A DNA stretch of 64,000 nt from Candidatus Delongbacteria bacterium (GTDB lineage Bacteria; CAIWAD01): assembly GCA_963663545.1 (NCBI GenBank), contig OY760505.1, positions 1,440,001 to 1,504,000 of the forward strand, given 5' to 3'. Under the pieces are notes generated by a model. It saw only the letters and a program-made list of their open reading frames with translations, was not told the DNA's origin and searched no databases. Shown piece by piece: positions 40,828-52,190 of the stretch; position 1 is the first letter of the stretch; each line of letters starts with the position of its first letter. A program made the position numbers and the translations under genes.

Positions 40828-41489
40828 TCGTCCTCCAAGGCAGACGATTGTGATCCGCCTTCGTCACGCATATCGCACAGCAGAGCGATGAACTCACTCA
40901 GCACGTTGGCGGTCATTCCCCAGACAGTAGCTCCTGGAAGGTCAAAATCCCAACCGGGAGTAATGGGAAACCACGGCTCTACCGGCTCGCCCGCAACTTG
41001 CCGGAAAATGCGCGAATAGCGCCGCCTGTTGGCACACTTGGCCAACTCAGCCAAGCTCGGCAGCAGAACTTCATCCGTTTCTTCTGTCAGAATGTGTGGC
41101 CGCAGGTCACTGGCTAACAGGCCCGCTACCGGAGTGACCAGGTTCTGTGATACAGGCACCCATTGATCACTCAGCATCCCGAGTAGCTCCACATCCTTCG
41201 GCGGAATCCCTAGTTCCTCCTGCGCTTCGCGAAGAGCAATGGCCACAGCGTCGCCATCGCCTTCTTCTTCACGCCCACCGGGAAGTGCGATCTGCCCCGG
41301 ATGGTGTTCCAAGGCGGCTCCGCGGCGCACCAGCCAAAGATGTAACACGCCATTTGTATCAAACTGAAAGGGAAGCAACACAGCTGCACGATGCGCGCCT
41401 TCAATACTGAGGCGCCTGGATTGGTGCTCAGTAAAGAGTGCACGTAGCCAGTCGGCATCGACACGCTCCGGCAAACGCAGCCCTACCAA
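40824..41489 (-). CDS. Nudix hydrolase, CoA pyrophosphatase type
   Basis: AAVLLP, HPGQIALPGGREE...ALREAQEELG, VWGMTA. Confidence 0.9.
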   Translation of the reverse strand: MVGLRLPERVDADWLRALFTEHQSRRLSIEGAHRAAVLLPFQFDTNGVLHLWLVRRGAALEHHPGQIALPGGREEEGDGDAVAIALREAQEELGIPPKDVELLGMLSDQWVPVSQNLVTPVAGLLASDLRPHILTEETDEVLLPSLAELAKCANRRRYSRIFRQVAGEPVEPWFPITPGWDFDLPGATVWGMTANVLSEFIALLCDMRDEGGSQSSALEDE

Positions 41490-43705
41490 TCTGTTCCCTG
41501 ATCGTGGCGCTGCACGCGTATCACCTCTTTCACTTGACGCAGGCGTTTGAGTACCGTGGTAAGTTGAGCCAGGTTTTTTACATCGAGGATAATGCGACCA
41601 ATGGCAAGTTCATCTTGCCGGCGCATGTTGAACTGCAGGATATTGACATCGAGTTTGGCCAGCACTTCGGCCACGTCATGCAGCAGGTTTCGCCGGTCCG
41701 AAGCAACAAGAATGATGCGGGCGTTGAACTGCTGATCGCGACTGGCATCCCATTCCACCTCAACAATGCGCTCGGGTTGACTAAGCAGCTGGTTGATGTT
41801 GGGACAGGTCCGCCGGTGAACCTTGACGCCCTTACCTGTAACGATCAGGCCAATGATATCGTCACCGGGGACGGGCTGGCAACACTTCGAAAAGTGAATC
41901 ACCATGTTGCTCATGCCGTGCACACGTACCGCGCTTGGATTGCGATCCTGCTTGTCGCCGCGGCGAAAAATGCGCATCAGCAGGCTTTCGGGGCGTGCCG
42001 GAGTCTCTGCGGGATCCAGCTTGCCGATCACATTGCCAACAGGAAGGTCACCGTTACCAATAGCCACGTAAAGCGCCTGCGCACTGCGGAAGCCCATACT
42101 TTGGGCCAGATCCTCCAGATCCACCGTCCTTAAGGTGATCGAACGCCGTCCGCACTCCTTGCGCAACACTTCCTCGCCCAACTCCAGACTCTGTTGCCAC
42201 TGGCTCTCGCGCAACCAGCGTTTGATGCGCGAGCGTGCCTTGTGCGTGCGCACAATTTTCAGCCAGTCGAGAGTCGGCGTTTGCTTCTTGGAGGTAATCA
42301 CCTCTACTGTGCAGCCGCTGGTGAGTTCGTAGTTCAGCGGTACGATGTGGGCATTTACCTTTGCGCCGATGCAATGCAGACCGACACTGGTATGCACGGC
42401 AAAAGCAAAATCGATAGGCGTGCTCCCGGCAGGCAGCTTGAAGAGATCACCTTTTGGCGTAAAGACGAAGATGTCGTCTTGGTAGAGGTTGATTTTCAGG
42501 CCTTCGAGGAATTCCTGATTGCTGCTGTCGTAGCTGTCCTCATCCAACACCTGCTTGATCCAGGTGGAAATGCGGTCGAGTTGCTCGTCGGTGCGGTCGC
42601 CGCCTTCCTTGTACAGCCAGTGCGCGGCAAGTCCGTACTCGGCGACACGGTTCATCTCTTCGGTGCGAATCTGCACTTCAAGGGTTCGTCCACGCGGACC
42701 AACAACCTTGGTGTGCAAGCTCTGGTAGCCGTTCGACTTGGGAGCCGCGATGTAATCCGAGAAGCGATCCGTGATGGGCGTGTAAATGTTGTGTACTACA
42801 CCTAGCGCGAAATAGCAATCGCTTACCGTCGGCACAATAACACGCACAGCAAACAGGTCGAGGATCTCCTCGAAGCTCTTGTTGCGCTTATGAATCTTGT
42901 GATACACAGAGTAGAAGTGCTTCGGCCTGCCGAAGATGCGAAAGGTCTTGCCGTATTCCTCGAGCTTGCTGCGAAGTGGCGCGACGGCCTCTTCGATTAC
43001 ATCTTCGCGTTCGCCGTACTTGAGGTTGATGCGCTCTTCGAGATCGCGGTAAAATTCCGGTTCGAGCACTTTCAGCGAGAGGTCTTCCAACTCCCACTTG
43101 ATGGAGCCAATACCAAAACGGTGCGCTAGGGGCGCGTAGAGCTCAATTGTCTCACGGGCGATGCGCTCGGCCTTGGCGTGTGACAGCGCATCAATGGTGC
43201 GCATGTTATGGAGTCGGTCGGCGAACTTGACGAAGATGACGCGTATGTCCTGCGCCATCGATAAGAGCATCTTGCGATAATTCTCGCTCTGCTGATGCTC
43301 GAAGCTCTGGAATTTGAGGCCGCTGAGTTTTGTCACACCGTTGACAATAACCGCAACCTGATCGCCGAACTGCTCTTGCAGATTCGCCAGACTTGCTCCG
43401 CGATCCGCACTATCCTCTACTACGTCGTGCAAAAGACTGGCAATCAGCGTGTCCTGATCCATCTTCAGACCGACCAGAATGCGCATCACCTGCACAGGAT
43501 GCTCGATGTAGGGTTCGCCGGACTTGCGAGCTTGTCCCTCATGCATCTGCCAGGCGTAGTCGAATGCCTGTAGTACTTGCTCATCGCTAAGTGCTGGCGA
43601 GTACTCACGCGCCTGTACAAGCAACTCCTCGATCTCGCTACGGTAGTGGTCGTAGTTGAGAGTTGTATCACGGGGCGGATTACTGTGCTTCACAAGTTTC
43701 GGCAT
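41483..43705 (-). CDS. spoT: Bifunctional (p)ppGpp synthetase/hydrolase RelA/SpoT
   Basis: RKSGEPYIEHP, LHDVVED, ADRLHNMRT, PKSNGYQSLHT, TGS and ACT domains. Confidence 0.96.
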   Translation of the reverse strand: MPKLVKHSNPPRDTTLNYDHYRSEIEELLVQAREYSPALSDEQVLQAFDYAWQMHEGQARKSGEPYIEHPVQVMRILVGLKMDQDTLIASLLHDVVEDSADRGASLANLQEQFGDQVAVIVNGVTKLSGLKFQSFEHQQSENYRKMLLSMAQDIRVIFVKFADRLHNMRTIDALSHAKAERIARETIELYAPLAHRFGIGSIKWELEDLSLKVLEPEFYRDLEERINLKYGEREDVIEEAVAPLRSKLEEYGKTFRIFGRPKHFYSVYHKIHKRNKSFEEILDLFAVRVIVPTVSDCYFALGVVHNIYTPITDRFSDYIAAPKSNGYQSLHTKVVGPRGRTLEVQIRTEEMNRVAEYGLAAHWLYKEGGDRTDEQLDRISTWIKQVLDEDSYDSSNQEFLEGLKINLYQDDIFVFTPKGDLFKLPAGSTPIDFAFAVHTSVGLHCIGAKVNAHIVPLNYELTSGCTVEVITSKKQTPTLDWLKIVRTHKARSRIKRWLRESQWQQSLELGEEVLRKECGRRSITLRTVDLEDLAQSMGFRSAQALYVAIGNGDLPVGNVIGKLDPAETPARPESLLMRIFRRGDKQDRNPSAVRVHGMSNMVIHFSKCCQPVPGDDIIGLIVTGKGVKVHRRTCPNINQLLSQPERIVEVEWDASRDQQFNARIILVASDRRNLLHDVAEVLAKLDVNILQFNMRRQDELAIGRIILDVKNLAQLTTVLKRLRQVKEVIRVQRHDQGTDW

Positions 43706-43722
43706 AGGTTCAGGTCCGCAGA

Positions 43723-45171
43723 TTAGAAGGGCGAATCGTCCTCAGCAAAACGACTTCCCGCGTGTCTGATTTCCGGCGGAATTTCTTCGTGCGATCCCGC
43801 TCCGGGCGGCGGATCTCCGGCATTGTAATCGACCTCGGAGAAGCGGCCACTGCTCTTGTCGAAGTGCAAGGTGACAATGCCTGTGGGACCATTACGATGC
43901 TTGCCCACAATGACTTCCGCCTTTCCTTCATTGCTGTTGCCCTCAGCGTCAGTGGCCGAGTACATCTCAGGACGATACACGAAGACCACAAGGTCAGCAT
44001 CCTGTTCAATGGCGCCTGAATCGCGTAGATCGGAAAGCATCGGCCGCTTGTCACCGCCACGCTGCTCAACCATTCGACTTAGCTGCGAAAGCGCAATGAT
44101 AGGAACATGCAACTCTTTGGCGAGCGCTTTGATGGATTTGGAAACCATCGCAACACCCAGCTGGTGATTGTCGGCCTTTGGAATCTGCATCAACTGCAGG
44201 TAGTCGAGTACAATCAACTTGATTCCATACTGTGACACAGCACGCCTGGACTTACTGCGCATCTCGGCCATGGATAAGCCAGGTGTTTCATCGATGTAAA
44301 TCTTGTAATCGGTGAGACGTATCACAGCTTCCTGCACACGTCCCCACTCAGCACCGTAGAGTTTCTTGGTGCGGATGCGCTTTCCCTCAACACCAGAGAG
44401 GCGGCTGATCAGGCGGTAGGCAAGCTGGTCCGCTGACATTTCCAGGCTGAAGAATAGCACACCGTGGCCACGCTCCGCTGCGTTAAGTGCAAAGTTCAAT
44501 GCTAGCGCGGTCTTGCCCATCGAGGGCCGCGCAGCCAGAATAATCATATCAGAGGGCTGAAAACCACTGGTCATCTCATCCAGACGATTGAAGCCGGTTG
44601 GGACGCCGAGTAGTTCATGCTCTTCACTGCTGTCCAGATGCTCCATCGTCTGGTGCATCAGGCTGGACAAGGCAATCAGATCCTTGCGATCCGTGCTGTT
44701 GCCTAGTGAGAAAAACGCGCTTTCTGCCTCGTTCAGCAAGTCAGCGGGATCAGTTCCGGGCGTATAGGCGTTTTCCAGAATACCCGAACTTGCCTGTATC
44801 ACACGGCGCAAGAGCGCTCGATCGCGAACGATGCCTGCGTGATACTCGGCATTGGCAGCGCTGTCCACGTATACCGATAGCGCTTGCAGGTATTCCAGCC
44901 CACCCGCTTCGCCAATGTAATCGCGTTTGCCACCGCTGGTCATCCGCTCCAGCTCCTGCTGGACCTGCAGATAATCCACCGGCTCGCCACGCTGCGCCAG
45001 ATTCAAAATGGATTGATAAATGTGCTGATGAGAAAGGCTGTAAAAGTCCTCGCACTGCCCAAGGATCTGGACAACGGAATCCACCGCCGCACTGGAGATC
45101 AGCGCTGCGCCAAGCACACATTTCTCGGCTTCGTCGTGATGCGGAAGCAGGCGTCCCTGTTCGTCCTTCAT
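43723..45171 (-). CDS. dnaB: Replicative DNA helicase
   Basis: AARPSMGKT, FSLEM, DYLQLM, LSQLSR, SDLRDSGAIEQDAD, KHRNGPTG. Confidence 0.98.
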   Translation of the reverse strand: MKDEQGRLLPHHDEAEKCVLGAALISSAAVDSVVQILGQCEDFYSLSHQHIYQSILNLAQRGEPVDYLQVQQELERMTSGGKRDYIGEAGGLEYLQALSVYVDSAANAEYHAGIVRDRALLRRVIQASSGILENAYTPGTDPADLLNEAESAFFSLGNSTDRKDLIALSSLMHQTMEHLDSSEEHELLGVPTGFNRLDEMTSGFQPSDMIILAARPSMGKTALALNFALNAAERGHGVLFFSLEMSADQLAYRLISRLSGVEGKRIRTKKLYGAEWGRVQEAVIRLTDYKIYIDETPGLSMAEMRSKSRRAVSQYGIKLIVLDYLQLMQIPKADNHQLGVAMVSKSIKALAKELHVPIIALSQLSRMVEQRGGDKRPMLSDLRDSGAIEQDADLVVFVYRPEMYSATDAEGNSNEGKAEVIVGKHRNGPTGIVTLHFDKSSGRFSEVDYNAGDPPPGAGSHEEIPPEIRHAGSRFAEDDSPF

Positions 45172-45187
45172 GGCTCAGCGTTCGCGA

Positions 45188-46120
45188 TCAGCTAAGGCTG
45201 CCCGCGCTTCCTCCAAGTTTGTGATACAAGGCCTGTGCCGCCTGTAGATCTTCCCAAGCGGGACGCTTCCAATGCTGATTACGGAGTAAGGCAGCGGGAT
45301 GATATGTGACACGCAGCGGAGTTCCTCGCCACTCGTGCGTTGCACCGCGCATCTCGCGAAGGCTTAGTTCATTCGCCAATAAGGTTTTGCCAGCAACGCG
45401 TCCCAGGGCCAGAAGCAGCTTGGGTTGAATGAGCTGAAGCTGGCGCTCCAATAGTGGGACACAATTACCAACCTCATCTGGATTCGGATCACGATTGTTG
45501 GTTGGGCGGCACTTGAGGATGTTGCAGATATAGACGTCCTCACGAGCAAAACCGATAGCAGCCAGCATCTTGGTCAAAAGCTGCCCCGCTGGCCCGACAA
45601 AGGGTTCACCCTGTTCGTCTTCCATGGCCCCTGGCGCTTCCCCTACCAACACAAGATCGGCATTGGGATTGCCTGCGCCAAACACCATGTGCTGGCGCTT
45701 CTTCCCAATAGCACAACGCTGACACGCCCGCGCTACTTCTCGAAGCGAATCCAGATTGCCGGCACGTAAAATCTGTGATCCATCCTCGCGCCCTGCCACA
45801 TTCGCATCTGTAACATGTATCACCGGAGGTTTGACCGCAGTTGGCTCCTCAATGGTTTGGGCGCGCACCACAATCTCTACCGATGATGGATCCTGTGTCA
45901 CATCTGCCGGACAGGCCTTGGCATGCTGTTGTGCGATTTCTGAAGCTTGTCTCTCCGGGGATACCTGCCTACGCCGTGGCACCTGCCTTCGCGCCTGTTG
46001 AAGCTTCGCCGAGTCAAGCAAGGTCTTCTGCAACTCGGTGTCACAACCGAAAGCAAGCGGACCGAAGTCCGCGCGCTCAGCCAGCCACTGTAGTAATAGA
46101 GGTTGCAGTTCACTTTTCAT
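45188..46120 (-). CDS. Family 4 uracil-DNA glycosylase with N-terminal extension
   Basis: CQRC, VGEAPG, PFVGPAGQLL, NILKCRP, TYHPAALLR. Confidence 0.92.
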   Translation of the reverse strand: MKSELQPLLLQWLAERADFGPLAFGCDTELQKTLLDSAKLQQARRQVPRRRQVSPERQASEIAQQHAKACPADVTQDPSSVEIVVRAQTIEEPTAVKPPVIHVTDANVAGREDGSQILRAGNLDSLREVARACQRCAIGKKRQHMVFGAGNPNADLVLVGEAPGAMEDEQGEPFVGPAGQLLTKMLAAIGFAREDVYICNILKCRPTNNRDPNPDEVGNCVPLLERQLQLIQPKLLLALGRVAGKTLLANELSLREMRGATHEWRGTPLRVTYHPAALLRNQHWKRPAWEDLQAAQALYHKLGGSAGSLS

Positions 46121-47343
46121 TCAGCAACTCCCGTGTGCGCAGGAGCATTCAAGAGAAGCGCAGCCCGCTGCAGGACACGCGTGGCAGCGTCTTCTTTGCT
46201 CATTAGGTCCAGATCTTCGCGAACGCCGTCCACAGACAATAGAGTCAATCGATTTGTATCACATGCAAATCCGGCACCTTCTTCGCGGGGATTGTTCAGA
46301 CAGATGATATCCAGATGTTTGCGTCTCAGCTTGTCCAGAGCCAGTTCAACACCATTCTCCACCTGCACGGCAAACCCGACATGAACACGTTCGCCTTTGT
46401 CCTTGGCGAGGGCCGCAAGGATATCGATTGTCCGTGATAGCTCAAGACACATTGGACCTTCGCTCTTGCTGAGCTTGCCGGCGTGATACACCGACGGTGT
46501 ATAGTCGGCTACAGCTGCCGCCATAATGATGAGATCTGCACCCCTTGCCTGCTGTAGAACAGCTTCAGCCATTTGAGCCGCGCTGCGTACGTTGATGCGT
46601 GTTACACCAACGGGCGTTTCCTGTGTTGAGGGTCCGGCCACAAGCACGGTATCGGCGCCCATCCACTGTGCCACACGAGCCAGGGCAAAGCCCATCTTTC
46701 CGGTAGAGCGATTGCTCAGGAAACGAACCTCGTCGATATCCTCGTGGGTAGGACCTGCGCTGATCAGCACTCGTCTGCCTCGTAGCTCATCACCGGCCAT
46801 TAGGAGTGCGCGTGCGTGCTCGAAAATCTCTTCTGGCTCAGCCATGCGACCATCGCCGGTCTCACCACAGGCCAACCAGCCACTAGTTGGTGATACAATG
46901 CGAGCACCATCATGCTGCACTTGCGCAAGATTGCGTTGCACAGCCGGATTCGCCCACATGCGCTTGTTCATCGCAGGCGCAAACAGAATCGTTTTGTCGT
47001 AGGCGCAGAGCAGGGTGGAAAGGAAGTCATCTGCGATACCGTTGGCGACCTTGCCCAGGATGTTCGCCGATGCCGGAGCTACAATCGCCAAGTCGGCCCA
47101 GATACTCAGATCAACGTGCTCAGCACCGTGGACGACTCCGCCGTTGAAAGGATCAGCGTAGACAGGATTTCCGCTAAGGGTAGAGAAGGTCAAGGGGCCG
47201 ACGAACTGCTCCGCGTGACGCGTCATTACCACACGGACATCGGCCCCCCAAGAAGAGAGCAGGCGGACCAACCGGCAGGATTTGTAACACGCAATTCCAC
47301 CGGTCAGCCCCAGCAGGATCCTAGGCTTCGCTGGGTCCGACAT
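46117..47343 (-). CDS. coaBC: Bifunctional phosphopantothenoylcysteine decarboxylase/ligase
   Basis: TGGIACYK, APAMN, LACGETGDGRM, SNRSTGKMG, AAAVADY; start taken at 47343. Confidence 0.96.
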   Translation of the reverse strand: MSDPAKPRILLGLTGGIACYKSCRLVRLLSSWGADVRVVMTRHAEQFVGPLTFSTLSGNPVYADPFNGGVVHGAEHVDLSIWADLAIVAPASANILGKVANGIADDFLSTLLCAYDKTILFAPAMNKRMWANPAVQRNLAQVQHDGARIVSPTSGWLACGETGDGRMAEPEEIFEHARALLMAGDELRGRRVLISAGPTHEDIDEVRFLSNRSTGKMGFALARVAQWMGADTVLVAGPSTQETPVGVTRINVRSAAQMAEAVLQQARGADLIIMAAAVADYTPSVYHAGKLSKSEGPMCLELSRTIDILAALAKDKGERVHVGFAVQVENGVELALDKLRRKHLDIICLNNPREEGAGFACDTNRLTLLSVDGVREDLDLMSKEDAATRVLQRAALLLNAPAHTGVAE

Positions 47344-47626
47344 CGTGTGGATCCAGGTAGTCGTAGTCGACATTGCCGTCCAGCATCTCGTTCACGGCCT
47401 TGGTCGTGGGACGTGGCAAGGGCGGGAGTTCCAGCTCTTCGGGTTCCTCAGGAGCTTCCTCGCTCAAATTCAATGTCGCCTGGTACTCCTCATGCAGCTT
47501 GTTGAGGATTTCCTTCTGGTGCATCTGAATCTGGCGGGCACGTTGCCCCATCACCAGGATGGCTTCGTAAATGTTCGTGTTGCTGTTTTCGAAGTCTTCC
47601 TTGGTGGTGTCGTGCATTTTCTTCAT
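47321..47626 (-). CDS. rpoZ: RNA polymerase omega subunit
   Basis: NIYEAILVMGQRARQI motif; located between gmk and coaBC. Confidence 0.82.
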   Translation of the reverse strand: MKKMHDTTKEDFENSNTNIYEAILVMGQRARQIQMHQKEILNKLHEEYQATLNLSEEAPEEPEELELPPLPRPTTKAVNEMLDGNVDYDYLDPHDVGPSEA

Positions 47627-47659
47627 CGACTCACCTTGTAACTGGTTTGTATCACAACT

Positions 47660-48229
47660 TTACTTATTCATTCGCGCCTGAAGAATGGCGGCCAGTTCAC
47701 CGGCAGCCACATCCAGGTTGTCATTCACTACGCACTTGTCAAAACGCGGTGCAAGTTCCATTTCTTCCTGCACACGCTTCAAGCGAATAGCGATCTGCTC
47801 TTCGCTGTCCGTAGCCCGTTCACGCAAGCGACGCTCAAGCGCATCCAAGGAAGGGGGCGCAATGAACACCAACAGCACATCGGCCAGTCGCTCGCGCGCA
47901 TTTAGAGCGCCCTTCACATCAAGATCCAGCAAAACATGGCGTCCCATTGCCCGTAACCGCTCGATCTCTGATTTCAAGGTACCATAGCGATTGGCGTGCA
48001 GCTCTTCCCATTCGACAAAGTCGTCGTTGCGGACGTGCGCGTCAAACTCATCGCGACTGAGAAAGTAGTACTCGCGACCATTGACTTCGCCCATTCGCGG
48101 TGAACGTGTCGTGCAGCTAACGGCGAACACGCAGTCGTCCCGGTCATCCATGAAGCGATGCAGTAGTGTGGATTTCCCCGCTCCGGACGGCCCGGCGACT
48201 ACCGTCAATGTGCCGGTCTTGCTACTCAA
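47660..48229 (-). CDS. gmk: Guanylate kinase
   Basis: GPSGAGKST, SCTTRSPRMGEVNGREYYF, FIAPPS; TTG start inferred. Confidence 0.95.
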   Translation of the reverse strand: MSSKTGTLTVVAGPSGAGKSTLLHRFMDDRDDCVFAVSCTTRSPRMGEVNGREYYFLSRDEFDAHVRNDDFVEWEELHANRYGTLKSEIERLRAMGRHVLLDLDVKGALNARERLADVLLVFIAPPSLDALERRLRERATDSEEQIAIRLKRVQEEMELAPRFDKCVVNDNLDVAAGELAAILQARMNK

Positions 48230-49097
48230 TGTTCTGCACCTGTTCGCGAATTCGCTCAACCTCTTCCTTGATCACAAGAACAAGATGGGTTATTCCGGTG
48301 TCGGGCGACTTGGAGCTGACTGTGTTGGCCTCGCGAATCATCTCCTGCAGGATGAAATTCAGCTTGCTGCCGATAGCTCCGTCTCCATCCATGGTTTGAC
48401 GAAACAATTCGACATGACTGCGGAAGCGCGTGATTTCTTCTGAGATGTCCTGTTTGTCCAATAGAATGGCCACTTCCATCTCGAAGCGCTCGGGCTTCAG
48501 CTCGCTGCCCTCGATCAGCTTACCCAGCTTCTCCTGCAGTTGCTGCCGACGCAGCGGACGGTTGCTTTCCCAAGCAGCAGTGATTTCGCCAAAAGTGCTC
48601 TCGATCAAGCTCAGACGATCGAGCAAATCTCTGCGCATCACTTCACCCTCACGGGCTCGCGCTGCTTTGAAGGCCGTCAACGCCTCACCCAGCACATCCT
48701 GCATCAGAGCATAAAGCTCCTCATCGGTGTTGGTACTATCCTGGGAGCTTAGAACACCCTCGAATTGCATCAGCTCGTAGGTACCAAGGTTATCTGGCAG
48801 ATCAAGCGTCTTGGCCAGTTCTGCGGCAGCACGACGATAAGCGGCTGCCAGCGACATATCCAGATCTACCTGCAAGGGCGCGTCCTCGCCCCGCTGCAGA
48901 CTCATGAAAACGCTCAATTTACCGCGATAGAGTTCCTTTTTCAGCAACTCGCGCAATTGGTGCTGAAAGGGAAATAGCTGTCGTGGAAGTTTGAGACTGA
49001 TTTCAAGGAAGCGATTGTTCAGACTGGATAGTTCTACCTGAAGGTGAAAGCCGGCTTTGTTTCCGTCCGCCCTACCGAAGCCCGTCATCGAATGCAT
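48222..49097 (-). CDS. yicC: YicC/YloC family endoribonuclease
   Basis: SMTGFGR, DISEEITRF, LNFILQEMIREANT, IREQVQNIE. Confidence 0.95.
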   Translation of the reverse strand: MHSMTGFGRADGNKAGFHLQVELSSLNNRFLEISLKLPRQLFPFQHQLRELLKKELYRGKLSVFMSLQRGEDAPLQVDLDMSLAAAYRRAAAELAKTLDLPDNLGTYELMQFEGVLSSQDSTNTDEELYALMQDVLGEALTAFKAARAREGEVMRRDLLDRLSLIESTFGEITAAWESNRPLRRQQLQEKLGKLIEGSELKPERFEMEVAILLDKQDISEEITRFRSHVELFRQTMDGDGAIGSKLNFILQEMIREANTVSSKSPDTGITHLVLVIKEEVERIREQVQNIE

Positions 49098-49116
49098 ATC
49101 ACCACCGCAAGATGAA

Positions 49117-49148
49117 AGCCCCCCGCTGCCCGTAGGCTCGGGGGGGCT
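49117..49148 (-). terminator. Hairpin after the sigma factor gene
   Basis: agccccccg...cgggggggct inverted repeat followed by TTT on the minus strand. Confidence 0.55.
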
Positions 49149-49167
49149 GGTACGCTCTTTGTGCCTG

Positions 49168-49998
49168 TTAGCCTAGATAGGCCTTCAGGTTTTTACTCCG
49201 GCTCGCGTGACGCAGGCGACGCAAAGCCTTCTCCTTGATCTGGCGCACGCGTTCGCGGGTCAGGCTGAACTTCTCGCCGATCTCCTCCAAGGTCATCGGA
49301 TGCTCGCGATGCAAGCCGAAATAGAGACGCACAACTTCGGCCTCCCGCTCGCTAAGCGTTGCCAACGCGCGATTGACCTCGGTCTTCAGCGATTCATCCA
49401 TCAGACAGGAATCCGGCGCAGGCTGGCTATCGTTGTGGATGATGTCCAGTAGGCGGTTTTCCTCACCCAAGTTGAAAGGCGCGTCCATGGAGAGGTGACG
49501 GCCCGATCGCTTCATCGTGTCGGTTACTTCGTAAGCCGACATTTCCAGTGTTTCCGCGATTTCATCGGGCGAAGGTTCGCGCTCCATCTTTTGCTCAAGC
49601 TGATTGTAGGTTTTGCCAATCTTGTTGAGCGCACCGACGCGGTTGAGTGGAAGTCGCACAACGCGGCTCTGCTCGGCCAGTGCCTGCAGAATGGACTGAC
49701 GAATCCACCACACAGCGTAGCTGATGAACTTGAATCCACGCGTCTCATCGAAGCGCTTGGCTGCCTTTATCAGGCCCAGGTTGCCCTCGTTGATGAGATC
49801 GCATAGGTCCAAGCCCTGGTTCTGATATTGCTTGGCCACGGACACGACGAAGCGCAAGTTGGCCTTGGTCAGCTTCTCCAGGGCAATCTGGTCGCCCTTC
49901 TTGATTCGCTTGGCCAGCTCAATCTCTTCATCGGGTGTGAGGAGTTCGACTTCACCGATCTCCTGCAGGTATCTTTCGAGGGTTTGATTGGCACGCAC
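49168..49998 (-). CDS. RpoD/SigA-family sigma-70 factor lacking region 1.1
   Basis: [52 protein letters not shown] start at 49998 inferred. Confidence 0.92.
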   Translation of the reverse strand: MRANQTLERYLQEIGEVELLTPDEEIELAKRIKKGDQIALEKLTKANLRFVVSVAKQYQNQGLDLCDLINEGNLGLIKAAKRFDETRGFKFISYAVWWIRQSILQALAEQSRVVRLPLNRVGALNKIGKTYNQLEQKMEREPSPDEIAETLEMSAYEVTDTMKRSGRHLSMDAPFNLGEENRLLDIIHNDSQPAPDSCLMDESLKTEVNRALATLSEREAEVVRLYFGLHREHPMTLEEIGEKFSLTRERVRQIKEKALRRLRHASRSKNLKAYLG

Positions 49999-50023
49999 TG
50001 CAGCCTGATCTCCCTTTTGGGGT

Positions 50024-51550
50024 TCAGGGCACGACCGGAACGATTGTGCTCCGGCTGCCACGAATAATGTGAACCAACGTTGCGCGTTCCAGACCGCGCA
50101 GCCTGTTTGCGGCATCCCGATAATCGTCCAGATCCTCAATAGAGTATCGGTCGATCTTGGTGATCACATCACCCACATTCAGGGTGCCACGAGCGGGAGA
50201 ATCCCGCCTCAGGCCTGTGACGACAACTCCACCGTGTCGCCTCACCAGTTCTTCGCTCAACTCGTAACGCGCAAGAGTCCGGGCATCGATTTCGGCAACA
50301 TCAAGGCCGAGATACGGTGCTTCCAATTCCTCACGCGGTTGGGAAGGAGCTTCGCCCGTAATGCCGGCAATGTGCAAAGCACGATCCACCAGGGTGAACT
50401 TCAGCGTGCGACGCTTGCCGCCGCGTATCACCTCTGCCGTGGCTTTTTCGCCGGGACGAACACGCGCGACTTTGATGCGGAAATCGTTTACCTTCTGGAC
50501 ATCCTCGTCATTCCATTTGGTGATAACATCACCTGGCTCCAGTCCACCCTCCGCGGCTGGAGTATCGTCTTCCACTGAATCGACGAAAATGCCAGGCTGG
50601 TTGTCGTCCAACTCAAGTCCGGCGCGCAACTCCGATGTCAACTCCACCGGCACCATGCCCAGATATCCCCGGGTTACCTGACCGCGCTCGATCAGATCCT
50701 GAGCTATCTGCACCGCCATATTGGAGGGAATTGCAAAGCCGATTCCCTGTCCCATGGCGTTGATCGCGGTGTTGATGCCGATGACTTCACCGCGAATGTT
50801 TACCAGCGGTCCGCCCGAATTGCCAAAATTGATGGCGGCGTCCGTCTGGGTAAAGTTCTGAAAGATGGGAGCGCCGCCTGAAATGTTCAGGTTGGCTCGC
50901 CCTTTGGCACTGATGACACCTACCGTCAGTGTCTGATCAAGGCCCAGCGGATTACCGAGCGCAATAGCCCAGTCCCCCACTCGAATGGCATCACTGTCGC
51001 CGATTATGGCCACGTGATCCCTGTCAAAGCCGTGATCCACCTTTACCACCGCAAGGTCCGTCTCCGGATCTGTGCCCACCACACTCGCTTCCAACTCCGT
51101 ACCGTCTGACAGGACGATAGTAATCTCATCTGCATCGGCGACTACGTGATTGTTGGTTAGCACATGACCTTGTTCGTCAAAGATGAAGCCGCTACCCGAG
51201 GAGCTCACCTCCCGCTGCTGCGGCTGACCGTTTGGGGTACCGGGAATGCCAAAAAACTCATGCCAGTACCGGTCTTCAAACAACGACTGCCCACCTTGAG
51301 CAGCCTGCTCACGCACCTTGATATGAACAACCGTGGGTAGCATACGCTGTGCCACTTCCACGAAAGGCGAAGTGCCCTGGTTATCCACGAAAAACCTATT
51401 ACCGGGCTGTGGCCCGGCAAGCTCTTCCGCCTGAATGGGCGTGGTCCACTGTCGACCACTTGCATAAAGTATGCCCAGAAGGAAGAAGAGACTTGCGGAA
51501 AAGATCTTAAGGTTAGTATTATGTAGGGGTTGCAACAGGTTTTTGTTCAT
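50024..51550 (-). CDS. degP: DegP/HtrA serine protease with two PDZ domains
   Basis: [31 protein letters not shown]; start taken at MNKNLL (51550). Confidence 0.92.
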   Translation of the reverse strand: MNKNLLQPLHNTNLKIFSASLFFLLGILYASGRQWTTPIQAEELAGPQPGNRFFVDNQGTSPFVEVAQRMLPTVVHIKVREQAAQGGQSLFEDRYWHEFFGIPGTPNGQPQQREVSSSGSGFIFDEQGHVLTNNHVVADADEITIVLSDGTELEASVVGTDPETDLAVVKVDHGFDRDHVAIIGDSDAIRVGDWAIALGNPLGLDQTLTVGVISAKGRANLNISGGAPIFQNFTQTDAAINFGNSGGPLVNIRGEVIGINTAINAMGQGIGFAIPSNMAVQIAQDLIERGQVTRGYLGMVPVELTSELRAGLELDDNQPGIFVDSVEDDTPAAEGGLEPGDVITKWNDEDVQKVNDFRIKVARVRPGEKATAEVIRGGKRRTLKFTLVDRALHIAGITGEAPSQPREELEAPYLGLDVAEIDARTLARYELSEELVRRHGGVVVTGLRRDSPARGTLNVGDVITKIDRYSIEDLDDYRDAANRLRGLERATLVHIIRGSRSTIVPVVP

Positions 51551-51649
51551 TTCGATTTCCCCCAAGTTGCACAGAGTAATATTCCGTCTTCCCACTTGCA
51601 AGACAGCCGTGTTCAAGATCTTGACACTTGACCGTGCAAGTTGACAGCT

Positions 51650-51675
51650 AATACAGCTCTAGGGGACGAAGTTCC
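51650..51675 (-). promoter_or_regulatory. Possible ECF (sigma-E-like) promoter upstream of degP
   Basis: Minus strand GGAAC-N16-GTATT; degP is commonly ECF-regulated. Confidence 0.35.
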
Positions 51676-51698
51676 CGTCTGTTCAATTTGACACAAGG

Positions 51699-52190
51699 CT
51701 AGCTGCGCTCAACGTCATCCACCTCTTCTGCACCATCATCCTCGCTGTTATCCACAGAGTCGACGTCCACAACGCGCGCCTCGTCGGCACCTTCTTCCGC
51801 GCCATCCGTCAGTGTCTCGTCCAGTTCCCACTCAGCGTCAACCGTCTCTTCGCTTCTAGTTGATCCGCCGCCCGTGCGCGCGTGCTTCAGCATCTCCTCG
51901 TACTGATCCACCAAGCCCTGCAGGGCGTGTTCCAATTCAGCACTGCGCTCAATGAGTGCCTGAACTTGCGCATCCTCCTGCAAAGGTTCTGATCGTGTCT
52001 CATCTGCGGACATCAGCGCATAGACGCGTGCGCCCAGTTCGCCGAATTGCCGCGCCAGACGACGCTTCTGGCTGGCAATCTCGATCTTCAGACGACCAAG
52101 ACGCGTCCACTCCTCCGCCTTCTGCACGGTAAACTCGAAGCCCTCGCGCAAGGTCTGACGAACCTGACTCCAGCGATCCTCGTTACTCAT
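51699..52190 (-). CDS. Hypothetical coiled-coil protein with acidic tail
   Basis: 163 aa ORF with ATGA overlap to namZ; AGGAG RBS. Confidence 0.7.
   Translation of the reverse strand: MSNEDRWSQVRQTLREGFEFTVQKAEEWTRLGRLKIEIASQKRRLARQFGELGARVYALMSADETRSEPLQEDAQVQALIERSAELEHALQGLVDQYEEMLKHARTGGGSTRSEETVDAEWELDETLTDGAEEGADEARVVDVDSVDNSEDDGAEEVDDVERS

Noticed and set aside
49168..49998. Sigma-70 lacking region 1.1 as a novelty
   Set aside because: Short primary-type sigma factors are established in Bacteroidota and relatives
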